Shown here: positions 22,806 to 33,832 of the stretch, in pieces
How the letters are laid out: each line of letters starts with the position of its first letter
Numbering within the stretch: the first letter of the stretch is position 1
Source: Schizochytrium sp. TIO01
Lineage: Eukaryota > Protista > Bigyra: Labyrinthulomycetes
Assembly: GCA_004764695.1 (NCBI GenBank)
Contig: SMSO01000033.1
Span: 1,922,001-1,986,000, forward strand
Direction of reading: 5' to 3'
DNA length: 64,000 nucleotides
Translations under genes and position numbers: made by a program
The notes under the pieces: model-generated
Told to the model about the DNA's origin: nothing
Databases searched by the model: none
Seen by the model: only the letters and a program-made list of their open reading frames with translations

Positions 22806-25800
22806 ATGGGTCGCAAGAAAAATGTGCAGGTCATTAAGAGTCGTGGCGAGTTTACCGCGCAAGGCATCACGATTAAAGAGTGGCAGAGAACCCCAAAGCA
22901 GCTACTGAATGAGTTTTGCCAGGCACAAAAGCGTCCAAAGCCCATCTTCAAAAAGGCGCCCTGTCGTGAGCCTGATCATTTCCGCACCCGCGTAATCCTC
23001 CCTGATCCGAAGGGTAAGACCGAAAAAGATATCGTTCTTTGCACTGTCGAAGGGTACCCAGAACTCACAGCATCTCAACACGCAAGTGCCCTTTTGGCAC
23101 TTAAACAGGTTGATGGTGCTCGCCAACATGAAAAGCGGCTGCCTGAGCCTTACCGTACAGCTTGGTTAGCCATGGGTGGAGGCGATGCTGGAAAACCTGA
23201 CTCCAACGACGGGAACAAACCCGAGTCTAAACGCGCAAAAAAAGTACGCGAGGCGGCTGAGAAAGAAGCTGCTGCAGATAATTTCTCTTGCCGATTTTGT
23301 GATAAATCATTCAAGAAAGAACATGCTGTGGCTATTCACATCAAACAAATGCATGCTGCTGAGGTTGCTGCAGAACTGAAAGCTGAGGAGGAGGCTGATG
23401 CTGAACTGGCTGCTCAGTTTGGAGGATTTGATGCAGCTGATCAACAAAGCACCACGTCATCCTCAACAAATGCAGGAGCTAGTACAGGTGCCTCCACGGC
23501 AGCAGTGTCTAGCACGAAATCAAACTCGTCTGGTTGGGACTTGTACGGAGATTGTCCAAAAGATAACAGCACAGCTCCAGTACTTCCTAAAGGCCCATCA
23601 ACAAAGCCAGAAGACTTTAAAATTACTGCTCAGGGCAAGTTTGCCACCCGCTACGAGCGTCGTATGCACCAAGAGTCGCGCATGGAGACGGTTCGTGCCA
23701 AACAACGCAAGCGTGAAGCTCATAAGATGAGCAATCCATATGTCACTGTTTTCATGAGTGAGGAACATCGTATGTTTGTAGAAAAGGTTGTTAAATCATT
23801 CGCGAGCTCGCTCAAACAGGTCGCTGATAAAGATGATGACCAAGACGATCCCAAGAAAAGTGAAGATCTTCTCAAGAGAAGTGAAGCAAAAGCCTTAGTG
23901 AAGCTTGGTTTCCGCCCGGAAGATGTCCAAAATGCGCTCATGCAGTGTGGCGAAGGTTTCCCACAGGATGTTTACCTTGACTGGCTTTGCTTGTATGCCC
24001 CAGAAGACTACCTGCCGGAAGGATTCGATCCTCGTGGAAAACAGCTGGAAGTTGTGTCTCTACGGAAGGCAAAAGACGGAATGGCAAACTCATCTACCGA
24101 AGCAGCCTTAGCGTTGTTTGCCGATGCGACTGGTCTGAACGTGGATGTCTCCAAGAAGAATGCAGAACATGTTCTTAGCGAACTTTTTCGAGCTTATGAT
24201 GAATTCTGTAAAATGTATGCAGAGGCAGAGACCTGGCCTATGTCTATGGAAATGACCCCTCAAGCGTCCACTGACGAAGCTGAGGCCGAAGGTCAGCAGC
24301 TTCGTGAAGACGAGATCATGGCTTTAGACGCCATGTTCGAAGAAGCGGAAGTTCAATCTGAGCATGAAATCTTGATTGGCTCTCAAACAGTGTCTAGGCA
24401 TGTAGTTAAGGTTGGGCCAATTGATAATGTACCTGGTGAAAATTTGATCGAAGTGATGGCTATCACAAAATCTAGTACAGCGGCAATTTATCCTTACCAA
24501 CCAGCCCTTGTGGCATTCTACAATCCTGCACTGAATCGTCATGTCAATGCACACATGAGTTTAGAACTCACAAAACATGCTCAGACACTCATGGGTGCTC
24601 CGCAATTGTATGAATTCTATGATTTGGTACGCACCAGCCTTGCTGAGCTTGTTGCCGCACGAAAGACATTTCCGTTTAAGGCTTCATCCACATTGAAGAG
24701 GTCTGTAGACGCTGGACTTTCTGTAACAGCCGCTTCTGAATTGCTTAGCGCCCATTCTGCGCAGAATGATGGGACAGAGGGTGGTGCATCAAAATCCAAG
24801 ACATCTCGCAACGGTGGAAGGCGTAAGGTTGTTGACAACAGTGTTGAAATGCAACAGCGCCAGGCTCAACGCAAAAACACAGACCGCAAATACCAAGATA
24901 TGCTTGCGGCGCGTGCAAAGCTTCCTGCGCACGAGCATGCATTAGAAGTGATTACAGAGTTAGACCAGAATCAAGTAGTCCTCATTTCTGGTGAGACTGG
25001 ATGTGGTAAGACTACTCAAGTACCACAATTCATTCTCGACGACGCCATCGAATCTGGTCGTGGAGGCAAAGTTAATATTCTTTGTACTCAGCCGCGTCGT
25101 CTGGCTGCCATTGGCGTTGCTTCGCGCGTGAATGATGAGCGTTGTGATGAACCCATCGGTGGAACTGTGGGTTATCAGATCCGCCTTGAGAACAAGACGT
25201 CGGCCAAAACCCGTTTGACATTTGTCACAACAGGTATCCTTTTGCGTAGATTGCAAACTGACCCGACACTTGACGGAGTAACCCATATCATGGTTGATGA
25301 AGTTCACGAGCGCAGCGTGGATACTGACTTCTTGCTGAGTATCTTAAAGGCACTCCTCCCGCGTCGCCCTGACCTCAAACTTCTGTTGATGAGTGCTACT
25401 ATGGATGCTGTGGAATTTTGTGACTACTTCAACACGCGTTCTGTTATTCAAATTCCAGGATTTGTGCACCCTGTTGAGGACATTTACCTTGAGCAAATTG
25501 TTGACTTCTTGCGATTCCCTCTTATCCCACCGAGAGGAGGAAAGGACATGGACCCGAACCACGCGCAGCAGGCTGCACTATCGCAACTTGAGCGTAAAAC
25601 TGACTATGACCTCCTGGCGAACCTTGTTTATGAAATCGATCAGAAGAATGCTTCCGTAGATGGTAGTATCTTGATCTTCATGTCAGGTGCAGGAGAGATT
25701 CAGCGGGCCATCCGATCAATTGAGAGAGCCTCGAACGGCAACTTTATGGTGCTGCCTCTTCATGGAGGCCTCTCAGGCAAGGACCAGAGCAAGGTATTTG

Positions 25801-27539
25801 CCCCCGCCCCGAAGGGAAAACGCAAGGTCGTTGTGTCTACAAACGTGGCTGAAACCTCTATCACAATCAACGACGTTGTTTTTGTAATTGATTCTGGTAA
25901 AATGAAGGAAACACGATATGACGCAACAAACCGCATGTCTCAACTTGTGGAAGATTGGGTATCTCGTAACTCTGCACGCCAGCGCCGTGGTCGTGCTGGT
26001 CGTGTACAGCCTGGACAATGTTACAAGATGTACACAAGGAAGCGTCATGATGTGTACTTCCATCAAGCCCAGCTCCCTGAAATTCACCGGGTGCCTCTCG
26101 AACAATTGGTGATGCAGGTTCTTGCCTCGAACCTAGGCCAACCTGAAGATTTTATGAACACACTCATGGAACCCCCTCCTTCAATCTCTGTCAAAGAAGC
26201 TGTCCGTTTACTGCTCGATGTAGGCGCTGCATCTCAAGCCCGACCAGGAGCGAAAATTTCCCTCACTGCGCTCGGTCGCCACTTATCGCGGCTTCCTATG
26301 GATGTTAGAATTGGAAAAATGCTTCTTTTCGGCTGTTTACTGCAATGTGCTGACCAGGTGCTGACCATTGCAGCTGCTCTGAACGTTCGCAATCCATTTA
26401 TGTCCCCTCCCGACAAGCGAAATGAGGCCAACGAAGCTAAAAAGGCTTTACTGGGCGGAGAAAGCGTTGAGGTCACCCAGAGCGATCATATCTGTCTGAT
26501 GTATGCCTATGAGCGCTGGGCAGCATGCGAATCTGAGCGCGAAAAGCGCGCCTTTGCTGATAAATACTTTTTATCGCACCAGTCACTGAGCGAGGTCCGT
26601 GACTTGCGCAAGGATTTGGGCCGCACCCTTGCAGAGATTGGCTTTGACACTTCTTCGTCAGCAAAGCATGTGCAAAAGGGCAATTCGCGAATCCTCACTC
26701 GGGAAAGTGTTTCGCTCATTAAAGCAGCTCTTTGTGCAGGCCTTTACCCAAATGTCATCAACGTGCGCAAACCCCTGCAAAAATTTGCAGAGACTCAGGG
26801 AGGTGCTGTGGCTCAGGCCCCTCACGCGCAGCAACTTCGTTTCATGTTGCGACGAGCACAGGGTGTTGAAGAATTAGAAGCAGCCTACAAGGCTGCTCAG
26901 GATGCAGCAGATATTGCAGCGAAGGAGGCGTTGGCAAGAGAAAAGGCATTACAGAAACAACAACAGAAAGATGCTGATGAGGCTCGTACAAATGAGGGCA
27001 GTCAAGAAAAGGACGAATGGGAAACTGCCCTTGACGAGGATGAGGAGGACAATGATAAGAACTTAGACGAGGATTATGATAACAGCAAGTCTGTTGGGGA
27101 TAGTGAAAGCTTTGACAGCCGCTCTGTTGGATCTCATCCTTCTCAAAAGGGTAAATTCAAGTTTGATTTGGAACGCGTCTTTCTTCATCCATCCTCTGTC
27201 CTTTTCCACCAACGCGAATACCATAACCCTTGGCTTGTATACCGTGAAAAGGTCAAAACCACCAAGGTTTATATCCGTGATGCAACGGTTGTACCCCCAT
27301 ACTCCTTGCTGATGTTTGGAGGTAATATCGAGGTACAGCATGAGCGTGGTACTTTGACAGTGGATGGCTGGATCACCTTCCGTGCGCAAGCACGTATCGG
27401 TGTCCTTGTTCGTGAGTTGCGCCGAATTCTTGACCGTCTTTTGGACCAAAAAATTGCATACCCTGACCTCGATATTGCCAATACTGATGTTCTTCTTTCA
27501 ATCAAGAAGCTCATTATTGGTTCTGGTTTCATGGTTTAG
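22806..27539 (+). CDS. DEAH-box RNA helicase, DHX57/DHX29-like (dsRBD-like N-terminus, C2H2 finger, UBA-like, RWD-like, helicase core, HA2, OB-fold)
   Basis: GETGCGKTT, TQPRRLAA, VDEVHER, MSAT, STNVAETSITI, QRRGRAGR. N-terminal WQRTPKQLLNEFCQ; LVKLGFRPEDV..LDWLCL (UBA-like); DEIMALDAMF..YPYQP (RWD-like). First ATG is at 22806. Confidence 0.95.
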   Translation: MGRKKNVQVIKSRGEFTAQGITIKEWQRTPKQLLNEFCQAQKRPKPIFKKAPCREPDHFRTRVILPDPKGKTEKDIVLCTVEGYPELTASQHASALLALKQVDGARQHEKRLPEPYRTAWLAMGGGDAGKPDSNDGNKPESKRAKKVREAAEKEAAADNFSCRFCDKSFKKEHAVAIHIKQMHAAEVAAELKAEEEADAELAAQFGGFDAADQQSTTSSSTNAGASTGASTAAVSSTKSNSSGWDLYGDCPKDNSTAPVLPKGPSTKPEDFKITAQGKFATRYERRMHQESRMETVRAKQRKREAHKMSNPYVTVFMSEEHRMFVEKVVKSFASSLKQVADKDDDQDDPKKSEDLLKRSEAKALVKLGFRPEDVQNALMQCGEGFPQDVYLDWLCLYAPEDYLPEGFDPRGKQLEVVSLRKAKDGMANSSTEAALALFADATGLNVDVSKKNAEHVLSELFRAYDEFCKMYAEAETWPMSMEMTPQASTDEAEAEGQQLREDEIMALDAMFEEAEVQSEHEILIGSQTVSRHVVKVGPIDNVPGENLIEVMAITKSSTAAIYPYQPALVAFYNPALNRHVNAHMSLELTKHAQTLMGAPQLYEFYDLVRTSLAELVAARKTFPFKASSTLKRSVDAGLSVTAASELLSAHSAQNDGTEGGASKSKTSRNGGRRKVVDNSVEMQQRQAQRKNTDRKYQDMLAARAKLPAHEHALEVITELDQNQVVLISGETGCGKTTQVPQFILDDAIESGRGGKVNILCTQPRRLAAIGVASRVNDERCDEPIGGTVGYQIRLENKTSAKTRLTFVTTGILLRRLQTDPTLDGVTHIMVDEVHERSVDTDFLLSILKALLPRRPDLKLLLMSATMDAVEFCDYFNTRSVIQIPGFVHPVEDIYLEQIVDFLRFPLIPPRGGKDMDPNHAQQAALSQLERKTDYDLLANLVYEIDQKNASVDGSILIFMSGAGEIQRAIRSIERASNGNFMVLPLHGGLSGKDQSKVFAPAPKGKRKVVVSTNVAETSITINDVVFVIDSGKMKETRYDATNRMSQLVEDWVSRNSARQRRGRAGRVQPGQCYKMYTRKRHDVYFHQAQLPEIHRVPLEQLVMQVLASNLGQPEDFMNTLMEPPPSISVKEAVRLLLDVGAASQARPGAKISLTALGRHLSRLPMDVRIGKMLLFGCLLQCADQVLTIAAALNVRNPFMSPPDKRNEANEAKKALLGGESVEVTQSDHICLMYAYERWAACESEREKRAFADKYFLSHQSLSEVRDLRKDLGRTLAEIGFDTSSSAKHVQKGNSRILTRESVSLIKAALCAGLYPNVINVRKPLQKFAETQGGAVAQAPHAQQLRFMLRRAQGVEELEAAYKAAQDAADIAAKEALAREKALQKQQQKDADEARTNEGSQEKDEWETALDEDEEDNDKNLDEDYDNSKSVGDSESFDSRSVGSHPSQKGKFKFDLERVFLHPSSVLFHQREYHNPWLVYREKVKTTKVYIRDATVVPPYSLLMFGGNIEVQHERGTLTVDGWITFRAQARIGVLVRELRRILDRLLDQKIAYPDLDIANTDVLLSIKKLIIGSGFMV

Positions 27540-28600
27540 CTCTTTAGATTAAAACTAGGGACTATCTTTTATTAAACAATTGATTTTATTTCCTTAAATG
27601 TAAAACTAAACGCACAACCATGTGCTGGTGGTATCATCCACACAGTGGTCTTAGAAAGTGGTGGAGTTTCAATGTGCAGTTTTATATTGAAGATCTAAAA
27701 AAGAATGGTATCAAAGCAGAAACCTCTCAACTGACAGAGCTAGTGCAATTAAGAACTATCTCACACACTACCTATATTAATTTTTAAGTCCTTGAGATGG
27801 ATTCATAAGAGGATGCGAAGGTGTTATTTTGATATCAATATGTGTGTTTTATGCGTTATGCGATGTATCTGTTTCTGTTTGCAGGAGGGACGGAGAAGAG
27901 TTGTTATAGTGTAACGAATTGGTTCGGAAAATCCACAATTCCCTATTATGCAAAGAACGCGAAGATTTACAAAAAGGATATGAATTACCGCGAGGTTGAG
28001 AAGACAAACAAAGTACGGGGGAAGTGTGGTAATAACTATGATGAATCTGGCTTGGGTGATGTTTGAACAGAAAGACAATACATTCTACACCAAATGGCAA
28101 AGATTGTGACGGCAATAAAACAATATGTTGCAAAAGATGAGAAAAGAGGATACCTCCTCAGGTAAGAGTAAAAAATTTGCTAGGAAGCTTTCAATCAAAA
28201 TTAAGACTCTGCCTCTCTCTTGTAGAAGTAAAGCAATAAAGTTGCGAAACAAACCCATGACATACTTCCTCCTATAATTCATGTCAACTCTCACCAAAGA
28301 AAACACCTTAAACTATCGTAGCCGTTGAACTTGCCCCTTCACTCAAACTCTTTTGGAAATGACCTCGTTTTTCATGATCGTCACCTCTTGAAGAGGGGAA
28401 TTCCACATTGTTTTATTTTGTGCCAATCCAGTCCGCACCAATCACCATGCCGTATTCCCAGAAATTTGGGAATTTTGAGAATTCAGCAGAAGGATCGCTA
28501 GATTTGTGTTTGTTTTGTAAATTGTTGAGTCGAAGCTTTGCTTGTTTGACTCTGCGAAGCTAGTACTTTTTTCATAAAATACCATTGCAGGTTGTTCTTC

Positions 28601-29389
28601 TTACTCCTCCTCGTCCTCATCAATCTTCGGTGCCAAGTAGTACTGAATGCATCCAACCTGATCCATGTTGTACTCCACAAGCAAGGGGACATCCTTGGTC
28701 ATTGAGAGCTCCACAGTGGAGGCGAGGGGAGTTGCCTTGGCAAAGTAGTTCAAGTAGCGGAGAGCAAAGCGAAGCTCGACGGGCTCGGAAACCTCAAGCT
28801 TGACCTGGTTGTCACCAGAGTCATCAGCAGCCTCACTAGGCTTAAGCGTAATGTTGGCTTTACCCACATCTCCCTCAACAGTGAATCGAACGCCAGCCTT
28901 CTCAGCGGTGATCTTGCAAGTGTCGCCGAGAACCTGAAGATCATTGATAATGCGGCGGAACTCATCAGCAGGAATGGTGACCTTGCTCTTGTATTCGGTC
29001 TCAGGAATGGCAAGCTGCTCCTGTTCAAGATCCATGAGCTTCATATCGAAGTCCATAATACGGTCCTGGTTCTTGCTTTCAAACATGAGGGAGATGACGT
29101 CAGGTTCATCCTTAGCCTTGAGGGTGAGAGTATCATCGTTGTTAGCGCACTTAAGCACCTTGGCAAGGTTGGGGAGGCTAATACCAAGAGAAGTGTCCTT
29201 GTCGCAACGGAAGTGCTGGAAGCCGGTGGCGTGCAGCTTAAGGTAGCAGAGACTCACGTGACTGCTGTCCATAGCCTGGAGCTGAAGACCACTGTCAGAG
29301 AACTCAAAGGCGGCATCAGTAACGAGATCCTTGAGGGCCTCCACGATCTTCTTCAAGACCTGTGCTTGCTCAATTCGGCATTCAATCAT
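28601..29389 (-). CDS. PCNA: Proliferating cell nuclear antigen
   Basis: LQAMDSSHVSL, RCD, MKLMDL, FALRYLNYFAKATPL, YYLAPKI; 262 aa. Confidence 0.99.
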   Translation of the reverse strand: MIECRIEQAQVLKKIVEALKDLVTDAAFEFSDSGLQLQAMDSSHVSLCYLKLHATGFQHFRCDKDTSLGISLPNLAKVLKCANNDDTLTLKAKDEPDVISLMFESKNQDRIMDFDMKLMDLEQEQLAIPETEYKSKVTIPADEFRRIINDLQVLGDTCKITAEKAGVRFTVEGDVGKANITLKPSEAADDSGDNQVKLEVSEPVELRFALRYLNYFAKATPLASTVELSMTKDVPLLVEYNMDQVGCIQYYLAPKIDEDEEE

Positions 29390-29399
29390 TTTGCTTTAA

Positions 29400-29612
29400 C
29401 TGTGTAGGGGGGAAATTACTCTGGATTGTACAAAGTTGAGCGTGCATGCACAAATAAGGCATGCCACAAAATAGTTTTTATGCCATATAGGTATATGCAA
29501 AAGGTAGGTTGGTCGTTAGTTTTCTTTTGTGATTGGTTGTGGCAAATAATCATGTTTTGGCAAGCCTTGACAACGAGAAGAAGAGCAGGAGGACGAGAAT
29601 GGTGGAATTGAC
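29400..29612 (-). other. Probable 5'-UTR intron of PCNA (213 nt)
   Basis: Minus strand reads CCAG|GTCAAT at 29612 and CCCCTACACAG|TTAAAGCAAA-ATG at 29400, i.e. GT-AG with the acceptor 10 nt before the start codon. Confidence 0.55.
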
Positions 29613-30378
29613 CTGGTTTTCTATTTGCTCGCCTCGGAGCTTGTTTGCTGAGCTTGTTGGCAATGCAAAAGCTGCGTTAACTAAGCTATTTTTCGCTCGG
29701 TGCTGAGCTAGCTAGCAACGGGAACTATCTTTCGAGACACCACCGCCATCCACAGATATTTGTCTCTCTGCTCACAGAGCGCACGGGGCTGGGCTTTAAA
29801 CGCTACAGCAGCGCTCAGCTGTGCTTCCGAGCACGTAGCATCACCGCCTCGACTCACGTACCTTAAAGTATCAACTATTCACGAGAAACCGGATTTCTAG
29901 TTTGCTGACCAAGTTGGCGCGGTAGTTTGATTTGGTCTTGGTAAGTCATGAAATAGGAGGAGAGAGGAGACAAGTAGTTAGATAGAAGTTTATATATGCG
30001 AAACCTTAAGATAGTGATGGTTAGGCTCATTCTCAAATGGGTAGCACTAAACAGTAGGTAGGCCTACTAACTGCCACTTGAAAGTGACAGTAGTAGAATC
30101 ATCAATATTAAATGAATCAGGTGGCTCCAAGTTCTACTCATAAATCTAATTGGCTGACTAGCTTCGAGTTGGTGGTTAGATGTCTCACTCTCTCACGTAG
30201 AGACCTTCAAATTTGAACGAAATGACTTGTAAATCTAGTTATATTCTCTGACCATTTCTGCGTCGATACTTCTATCTACTATTTGGATGAATCTTGTTCC
30301 TATGGATCGCTCAGGCTCTCTGTACTTCTGAGGCTGCCTGCGTTCAACATTTATCATTTTCAAAAGTTTCCTCTACTC

Positions 30379-30610
30379 CTCTGCCTCTCTCTCTCTCTGT
30401 CTCTACCTTTATCTCTCTTTCATTATCTCTCTTTCTATCTCTCTTTCTATCTGCCTCCCTCTGTCTCTCTCTGTCTCTCTCTGTCTCTCTCTGTCTCTCT
30501 CTGTCTCTCTCGATCTCTCTCTGTCTCTCTCTGTCTCTCTCGATCTCTCTCTATCTCCCTCTGCCTCAGCCTCTCTTTCTTCTTTCTTGCCTCAGCCTCT
30601 GTCTCTCTCT
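30379..30610. repeat. Degenerate CT-rich tract with a CTGTCTCTCT 10-mer substructure
   Basis: About 230-bp polypyrimidine tract. Confidence 0.9.
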
Positions 30611-30696
30611 GTTCCTATGAAAATAATAGGACTTGTTTAGCCTCCAAATTGTAGCGACTATTCCATAAGATGATGATTGCACAAAAGAATGTGGTA

Positions 30697-30910
30697 CTAT
30701 CCACGACCAGCTCGGACCACCCAAGGTTTTCAAATGACAAAGAATTCAATAATGTAGGCGATCGTGATATCCACGCCACCAAAGGCGTCCTTTTGCACTA
30801 TCTATCCAAGGATAAGAATTGTGGGTTAGTTTTTAATCCGGGATTGGGCCTTAGCCCCAGGCAAGTTTAGTTTTTTTTTTTTAACCTGATAGGTTAAACT
30901 CTAAGTGTCC
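30697..30910 (+). repeat. Dispersed repeat, copy B (diverged homolog of 3721-4000)
   Basis: Same colinear blocks; 19-mer at 30890-30908. Confidence 0.7.
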
Positions 30911-32130
30911 TTGTTTACGTTGACCTACTAGTAGGTAGTTAGGTAGGTATCTAGCTACTCCGAGTCTTTCTCCAAAAAACCATACCTACATACCTCCCTT
31001 ACCCTATCTACTCAGGTACCACGCAGAAACCATGAGAAAGCTGCTCTATCTCATCAGAAGGAAGCTACTTCGAGGTTAATTTCCAGCACTTGACTTTGAC
31101 TCGGTAGAATCATTATCTTAAAACAAGAGAGAAAGGAACCTATCATGGTGCGCTTTTCCGCCTTCTTTTCAAAACTTAGCTTGCAAATTGTGAAATTTTG
31201 CTCTTCATAGAGGCAAGCCTGAGTTTCGGCGAAACAGAAACTAAACATTCATCAGTTTCTGTAAAAAGTCAAGTGAGCGAATTAAATGGAGAGCGACCGT
31301 ACCGCACTTTAAATGTATTGATGATGATAGCAACTTTTCTTCACTCTGAGAAGAACCAGGAAAGAAACCCGTAAAGTTCAGGCTGTTGACTAGAATTCAA
31401 GTGTATACTTCTATATTCCTAAATACATAGACAAAACAAGCAGAAAGGAGCATCTGGCTACACATTGAAGTTGAGATGGCAGAGGATATCCTTGAAAATG
31501 ATCAAGTTACAATCTGCCGCAGACTATATATATATTTCTTTATACTACCAATACGATGCTCCTCCTAAATGTCACCGGATAGACCCGAATCTTAACTACC
31601 AACCCTTGAGGAATTATCAGTAGGTACCTTTAACCGATAGGAGGTACTATTCAATATAGAGAACCGTTAGGATACAATAGAAATGAAATAATTAGGTACG
31701 AAGAAAAATAGCCACAACTGAATGTACAGGTGGAAGTACACTCCGAAAAAAACTCTGCATCACTTGTCAAAGATTTTTCATTGCATCGCACTGCCAGTGG
31801 CTTGGCTCTAGCGATAAGTTAGATGCATACAGTTAGTATTTTCTCGGAAAAGGCCTAGGTGTTGTTACAGCCCTCCTCATCTTGCATTCACCACGATTCT
31901 CATTAGACGAATTGTCAGATACAGTTTATCCGTTCTCTTTCTGACCTGGGGAAAAGCTAGAACATTTAAAATCTCATCATCGTCGTCACTTCTTGCTTCG
32001 GTGTTGTTAATACATTTTAGTTTCCTAATTATTGATAAAGTCTACCTTTCCTTTAATTTGGGAAGTATTCATTTTGTACCTCGTGAGAAGTAAAGCAGAT
32101 TTACATGTCTATACTTTTTTAAAACTATAA

Positions 32131-33285
32131 ATGATGTCTCCAAAGCGATGCGAAACCCTCAAACAAAACCCAGAGTCAAAACGAGGCTTGCGCATCTACG
32201 GAGATTCGCATTCACAGCCTTTCTTAACTGGAGAACTCCTGCAAAGACAAGACAATGCTGCGTACAAAACAATAGAAGCAAAGCTTCGAGAAGAGCGAGC
32301 AGCCCTTCGGTTTATTTGTGATGATGAGCTTGCTCCCTTACAGAGGATAAGTTCACATGCTGGAGAGATTGTGGATGACTCCGGGCCTTTCAAGGTGCGC
32401 CCACATCCAAGTCGACATAGAACTGGTTGCAACGACCTTGCTCGACTTATGGATGAGCATATCGAAACCAAACGCCAAGATTTTGAGGGAAGACTGCTAA
32501 GCAAAGAGATTGTTCACTGTCCTCCCTGGCGCCCTAAACCCCTTGATTCGCACGGACTGCAGGAAGAATCCGCTCCTCAAGTTGAATGTACAGATTCTAC
32601 AAGAGATCCTCTCAGTGATAACTCATCAAACGAAAAACGCGCCTGTGACATGGGTGTTCAGGTAGATACAATGCGCTCAAATATCGAACATTTGCAGCAC
32701 AAACTATGGTTTGCAGAGCAACTGAATGAGCGTAGCAACGTTCTTAACCGCAGTTTGCGCCGCGAAAACAAAGAATGTCATTCACGTTTTGTACGAACAT
32801 CATCAAGTTCTTATGCAGTACGTGTGGTCCAAGATAATTTTCGTATGGAGCAATTAAGAGCTCGTCAAGCAGAAGAGAAAGTCGAAAGTGCCAATGTTAC
32901 AGCTGCTCATTTCCGTGAACAATTAAGAGCAGCAGAAGGGAAATTACGCATTGCAATCGATGAAATGGAGAGTATGCGTGAAGAAATTATATTGCTACGC
33001 AAAGCTGCTTCAAATCGTGAAAAGAAACATGCCTTGCAAGTCAATACACTGCGTCAAGAGGCTGCTGCTAACCAGGAGCGAATACGAGAAGAGTTAGCGC
33101 AATTTACCCGCTACCGAAAAGGGATTGTACGAATTCACAAGGAGCTTGCTGCTGATGACGAGGCTTTGCAGAAAAAATTCAAGGCTGTGCACATCTTTCG
33201 TACAAAGAACCCGGCTCCATTGCAATCATTATTAGAACTACATACAAAGGTGTGTACCGCTCCCAAAACACGAGAACAGCAATAA
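32131..33285 (+). CDS. Hypothetical coiled-coil protein
   Basis: 384-codon ORF with E/R/K/Q/L-rich heptad-like C-terminal half; no family motif recognised. Confidence 0.7.
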   Translation: MMSPKRCETLKQNPESKRGLRIYGDSHSQPFLTGELLQRQDNAAYKTIEAKLREERAALRFICDDELAPLQRISSHAGEIVDDSGPFKVRPHPSRHRTGCNDLARLMDEHIETKRQDFEGRLLSKEIVHCPPWRPKPLDSHGLQEESAPQVECTDSTRDPLSDNSSNEKRACDMGVQVDTMRSNIEHLQHKLWFAEQLNERSNVLNRSLRRENKECHSRFVRTSSSSYAVRVVQDNFRMEQLRARQAEEKVESANVTAAHFREQLRAAEGKLRIAIDEMESMREEIILLRKAASNREKKHALQVNTLRQEAAANQERIREELAQFTRYRKGIVRIHKELAADDEALQKKFKAVHIFRTKNPAPLQSLLELHTKVCTAPKTREQQ

Positions 33286-33832
33286 TGGATTTTAGTTAAG
33301 GATAACTAGTATGTAGAAGGTAGTAGGTAGTAGTACTACATACTATGTAATTTAGTAGTCCAGAGAGTAGGACCATATTACAGGCGGACCATCTTATGAG
33401 GGAGTAATAAATTAGCTGCCTGACGTAGAAATTTAACTAAAGTAGAGTGATAGTGCAGGCTTCCATTGCAGACTGTCATAACTTGGTCCTGCAAACAGGT
33501 TATGTCAGCACTGCAGCAGGCTGCAACTGGTCTGAAGCGAAAGTTCTCTGCAGTGTTGAGACCAAGATTAGCGCTTCAACCGGCTCCCTCGCCTACTGTA
33601 CAAAAGATCACGCAGTCCAACTTTTTGAGTTCTTTGACACTTGCACACTGATAACTCGCGGTTTATTGTCAATAGGTTTCTCAAGTTGTTTGCGTAGAGC
33701 CATTGCTCAGAATAAAGCCATTGCTCGTGAGAAACCAGGATCAACTGCTAAATTGTGTATATGTTTAAGCTGCGAACAAGGCCTGGGCATATTCAGTAAC
33801 TTTGAAGATATAGGGGGCGACTAAAAGACACA

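Noticed and set aside
27824-28470. Short ORFs between the helicase and PCNA, possibly a gene relic
   Set aside because: No recognisable motif, multiple stops in all frames; cannot support a pseudogene call.
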